DNA from: an uncultured Bacilli bacterium
Lineage (GTDB): Bacteria; Bacillota_I; Bacilli_A; ML615J-28; CAG-313
Reading direction: 5' to 3'
Length of the DNA stretch: 64,000 nt
Assembly (NCBI GenBank): GCA_944326155.1
Contig: CALVCV010000001.1
Location: forward strand, 194,664 to 258,663
The notes below the pieces were generated by a model, which was not told the origin of the DNA, did not search any database, and was given only the letters and a program-made list of their open reading frames with translations. Positions within the stretch are counted from its first letter, which is position 1. Every line of letters starts with the position of its first letter. The position numbers and the translations under genes are program-made. Positions 61,882-64,000 of this stretch are shown here, in pieces.

Positions 61882-62472
61882 TTAATTTTCCTTTGCTAAA
61901 TAATAATCATAAGCTGCTTGAGTTAAATCATAAATTTTTTTATGAGTTTGCTTCAAATACATAATTGTATCTCCTAAAGTTTTACATACAGCAGAATCTA
62001 AATCCTTCAGTGCAATCTTTCTTGTTTCAATCATCGATGCTTCTTTTCGCGTAATTTTCTCTATATAATCACTTACAAAGATAATTTTTTCCAAATTTGT
62101 CATATTTGGGCGACCTGTCGTATGATATTTAATTGCTTGTAAAACTTTTTCATCATCAATATAATACTTTTCTTTGGCGTAAATTGGCCCAGCAAAACTA
62201 TGCCAAATTTGTGGATAATCAAGTAAGTTTTCCACTTCATTTGGATAATTTTTAACTAGTATATCGAGCATTTGGCTTTTATCTAATAATTTTGCAATAT
62301 CATGAAATCCTGCAGCAAGGATAATTTTTTCTTTTTCAATATGTAATTGGTGCACGTTATTTAAAGTCAATGCCATTTCAATTACACCAATCGTATGATA
62401 GTAGCGAGGATGAACTATTCCAGCTACTGTAAATTCCATTTTTATTTGATTAAGAATTTTTTTCATTGTCAT
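61882..62472 (-). CDS. yqeK: HD-domain bis(5'-nucleosyl)-tetraphosphatase YqeK
   Basis: H...HD metal motif (HTIGV, FHDIAK), 196 aa. Confidence 0.85.
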   Translation of the reverse strand: MTMKKILNQIKMEFTVAGIVHPRYYHTIGVIEMALTLNNVHQLHIEKEKIILAAGFHDIAKLLDKSQMLDILVKNYPNEVENLLDYPQIWHSFAGPIYAKEKYYIDDEKVLQAIKYHTTGRPNMTNLEKIIFVSDYIEKITRKEASMIETRKIALKDLDSAVCKTLGDTIMYLKQTHKKIYDLTQAAYDYYLAKEN

Positions 62473-63625
62473 AATTTATCATCTCTACATCAATCATTTC
62501 ATAAGTAGTTATTTTAATTTGTGCTTTGACAATTGAAAAATGAACAAAACCAATTCCACATATAAAGATATCAGTTGGTTTATCAATTTGAAAAATCATC
62601 GTTTTAAGTTTGTCTATTTTAGCTTTTTCTTCACTTGTATAGGGTGGTACAAGGAGTTTTGTTACATTTGTTTCAAATACTTTTTGAGCATTTTGTGTCT
62701 TTGTTCTATGTAAATATAATTCATTTGCAACGTAAAAACTTGCGTTTATCTTTTCATCACCAAAAAAATCAATTCTAACTAAGCCACCTAAAAAAATAGT
62801 TTGATTAGAATCCAACTGAAAAGTTCTTGTTTTGATGTATTTTTCGGCTATCAATACATTCAGTGACTGACTGGTTAAATAAGTACCAAAATGATGTGGT
62901 TCTATAATACCTGGCGTATCAACAATAAAATTTTTATCGTTTAGGGGCCATTTAATAAAATCAAGGGTCGTTTGTAATTGTGAACTAGTAGTAATTATAT
63001 CTGTTTTGTAATGTAAACAAATTTGGCCAATTTTATTCATTAAAGTAGATTTACCAACGTTTGACATACCAATTAAATAGCAATTATAAAAAGACGGTTC
63101 AATTTTATTCTTCTTGTCAAAAAAGCGAGGATATTTTAATTTGTTGATTTTACTGATAATTTGACTAACAAATGAATTTTTTTTTACACTACCAAATAAA
63201 GTATCTATTACTTCTAATTGATTATTAGTTGCAAGCAAATCAATTATTTTTTTAAATTTTATAACTTTCAAATCTTTTGGCAAAAGATCAATCTTGTTAA
63301 AAATAACTAAAATTTTATTCTTCCCAACACACATCTTAACACTTGCAAAAAAGTGATTTGAAATATTAAAGATATCTACAAGTACAATAACTAGCGCTTT
63401 TTCATATTGAATCTTTTTTAATTTTTCTAAATAGTTTGCTGATTGATTATCTACTCGATATTGAAAGTTATGATTTCGAATATCGTAACATCTTTTACAA
63501 TAAAATTCTTTAGGATGCGCAATTATTGTATTTTCAGGAACATATCCAGGTTTATCAGGAAAACTTGTTTGCACAATTATCCCACAGCCAATACATCTAT
63601 TCATCAATATCACTACTCTTTTCAA
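62450..63625 (-). CDS. yqeH: ribosome biogenesis GTPase YqeH
   Basis: N-terminal CxGCG...CxRC zinc ribbon, circularly permuted GTPase with GMSNVGKST. Confidence 0.85.
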   Translation of the reverse strand: MKRVVILMNRCIGCGIIVQTSFPDKPGYVPENTIIAHPKEFYCKRCYDIRNHNFQYRVDNQSANYLEKLKKIQYEKALVIVLVDIFNISNHFFASVKMCVGKNKILVIFNKIDLLPKDLKVIKFKKIIDLLATNNQLEVIDTLFGSVKKNSFVSQIISKINKLKYPRFFDKKNKIEPSFYNCYLIGMSNVGKSTLMNKIGQICLHYKTDIITTSSQLQTTLDFIKWPLNDKNFIVDTPGIIEPHHFGTYLTSQSLNVLIAEKYIKTRTFQLDSNQTIFLGGLVRIDFFGDEKINASFYVANELYLHRTKTQNAQKVFETNVTKLLVPPYTSEEKAKIDKLKTMIFQIDKPTDIFICGIGFVHFSIVKAQIKITTYEMIDVEMINYDNEKNS

Positions 63626-64000
63626 TCATTTTTTTTATCTGTTGAGTTTTTCCAATATCTATTTTTTCAAGCTGTTTTAAAATCTTTTTTTCTCTTAAAC
63701 GATTAAGTTTAGTATACCACTTTTCACTTTTACGAGATATAGATTGTACTAAAATACTTGTTACGCCTAATCTATTAGCACATGCAATATCCGTTAAAAG
63801 TTGATCACCAATCAAAATTATTTCTTCTTTTTTTAACTGTTCTTTTTGTATAAAATGATTCAACTTTTTCTTAAAAGGTTTTCTAGCATAAGTTATATAA
63901 CCATTAACCTTAAATTCTTTAACAAAACGACTTACTCTTTTTTTACCATTATTTGAGACAATATAAATTCGATACCCAATTTTAAGCAATTTTTGATTCA
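63597..64000 (-). CDS. yqeG: YqeG family HAD-IIIA phosphatase, C-terminal part (N-terminus beyond window end)
   Basis: IYIVSNNGKKRV and GDQLLTDIACANRLG HAD motifs; reading frame stays open to nt 64000. Confidence 0.75.
   Translation of the reverse strand, partial: NQKLLKIGYRIYIVSNNGKKRVSRFVKEFKVNGYITYARKPFKKKLNHFIQKEQLKKEEIILIGDQLLTDIACANRLGVTSILVQSISRKSEKWYTKLNRLREKKILKQLEKIDIGKTQQIKKMIEKSSDIDE

Noticed and set aside
1-64000. CRISPR arrays, rRNA genes, prophage/integrase modules or direct repeats flanking the tRNA genes
   Set aside because: No regularly spaced direct repeats, no integrase/recombinase ORFs next to tRNA-Leu or tRNA-Arg, no rRNA-like conserved blocks found on reading the sequence.

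Overview
This is a very AT-rich, low-GC Firmicutes-type chromosomal segment, probably from a spore-forming Erysipelotrichia/Clostridia-like organism. It is dense with housekeeping genes, almost all on the minus strand after about 20 kb.

Recognisable blocks:
- Two tandem MacB-like fused ABC transporters at the window start.
- Small transporters, an RNA methyltransferase, an acyltransferase and tRNA-Leu(CAA).
- marR-degV, pepT, and a pdp-plsC-folA-thyA-ssb block.
- A gerAB-gerAA-gerAC-like germinant receptor operon.
- A long minus-strand operon: yggS-sepF-ylmH-ileS-hypothetical-deoC-deoD plus two M16 peptidases.
- tRNA-Arg(CCG) divergent from argS.
- rluA-metK-GH4 glucosidase-BadF-type kinase.
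- A Lys-rich HTH ORF, probably an IS transposase N-terminal remnant, sitting immediately upstream of ispG.
- nfo-cshB-like helicase-mtaB-rsmE.
- The hrcA-grpE-dnaK-dnaJ operon, with a consensus sigma-A promoter and two CIRCE-like operators.
- An MBL hydrolase, a sugar-kinase-like protein, and the ylmC, rsfS, yqeK, yqeH, yqeG (partial) cluster.

The outstanding accessory feature is a pair of paralogous lipoprotein genes of 3168 aa and 760 aa, each with its own promoter, inserted between dnaJ and rsmE, where Bacillus-type genomes carry prmA. Both end in a shared module built on a split Amidase_2 (peptidoglycan amidase) core. The giant one carries Big_2 domains, about 14 Listeria-Bacteroides-type repeats (several interrupted by a recurrent ~130-150 aa insert module), and two parallel beta-helix modules. 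The short one carries an N-terminal Cys-rich GHxW repeat array.

No CRISPR array, prophage or rRNA was seen.
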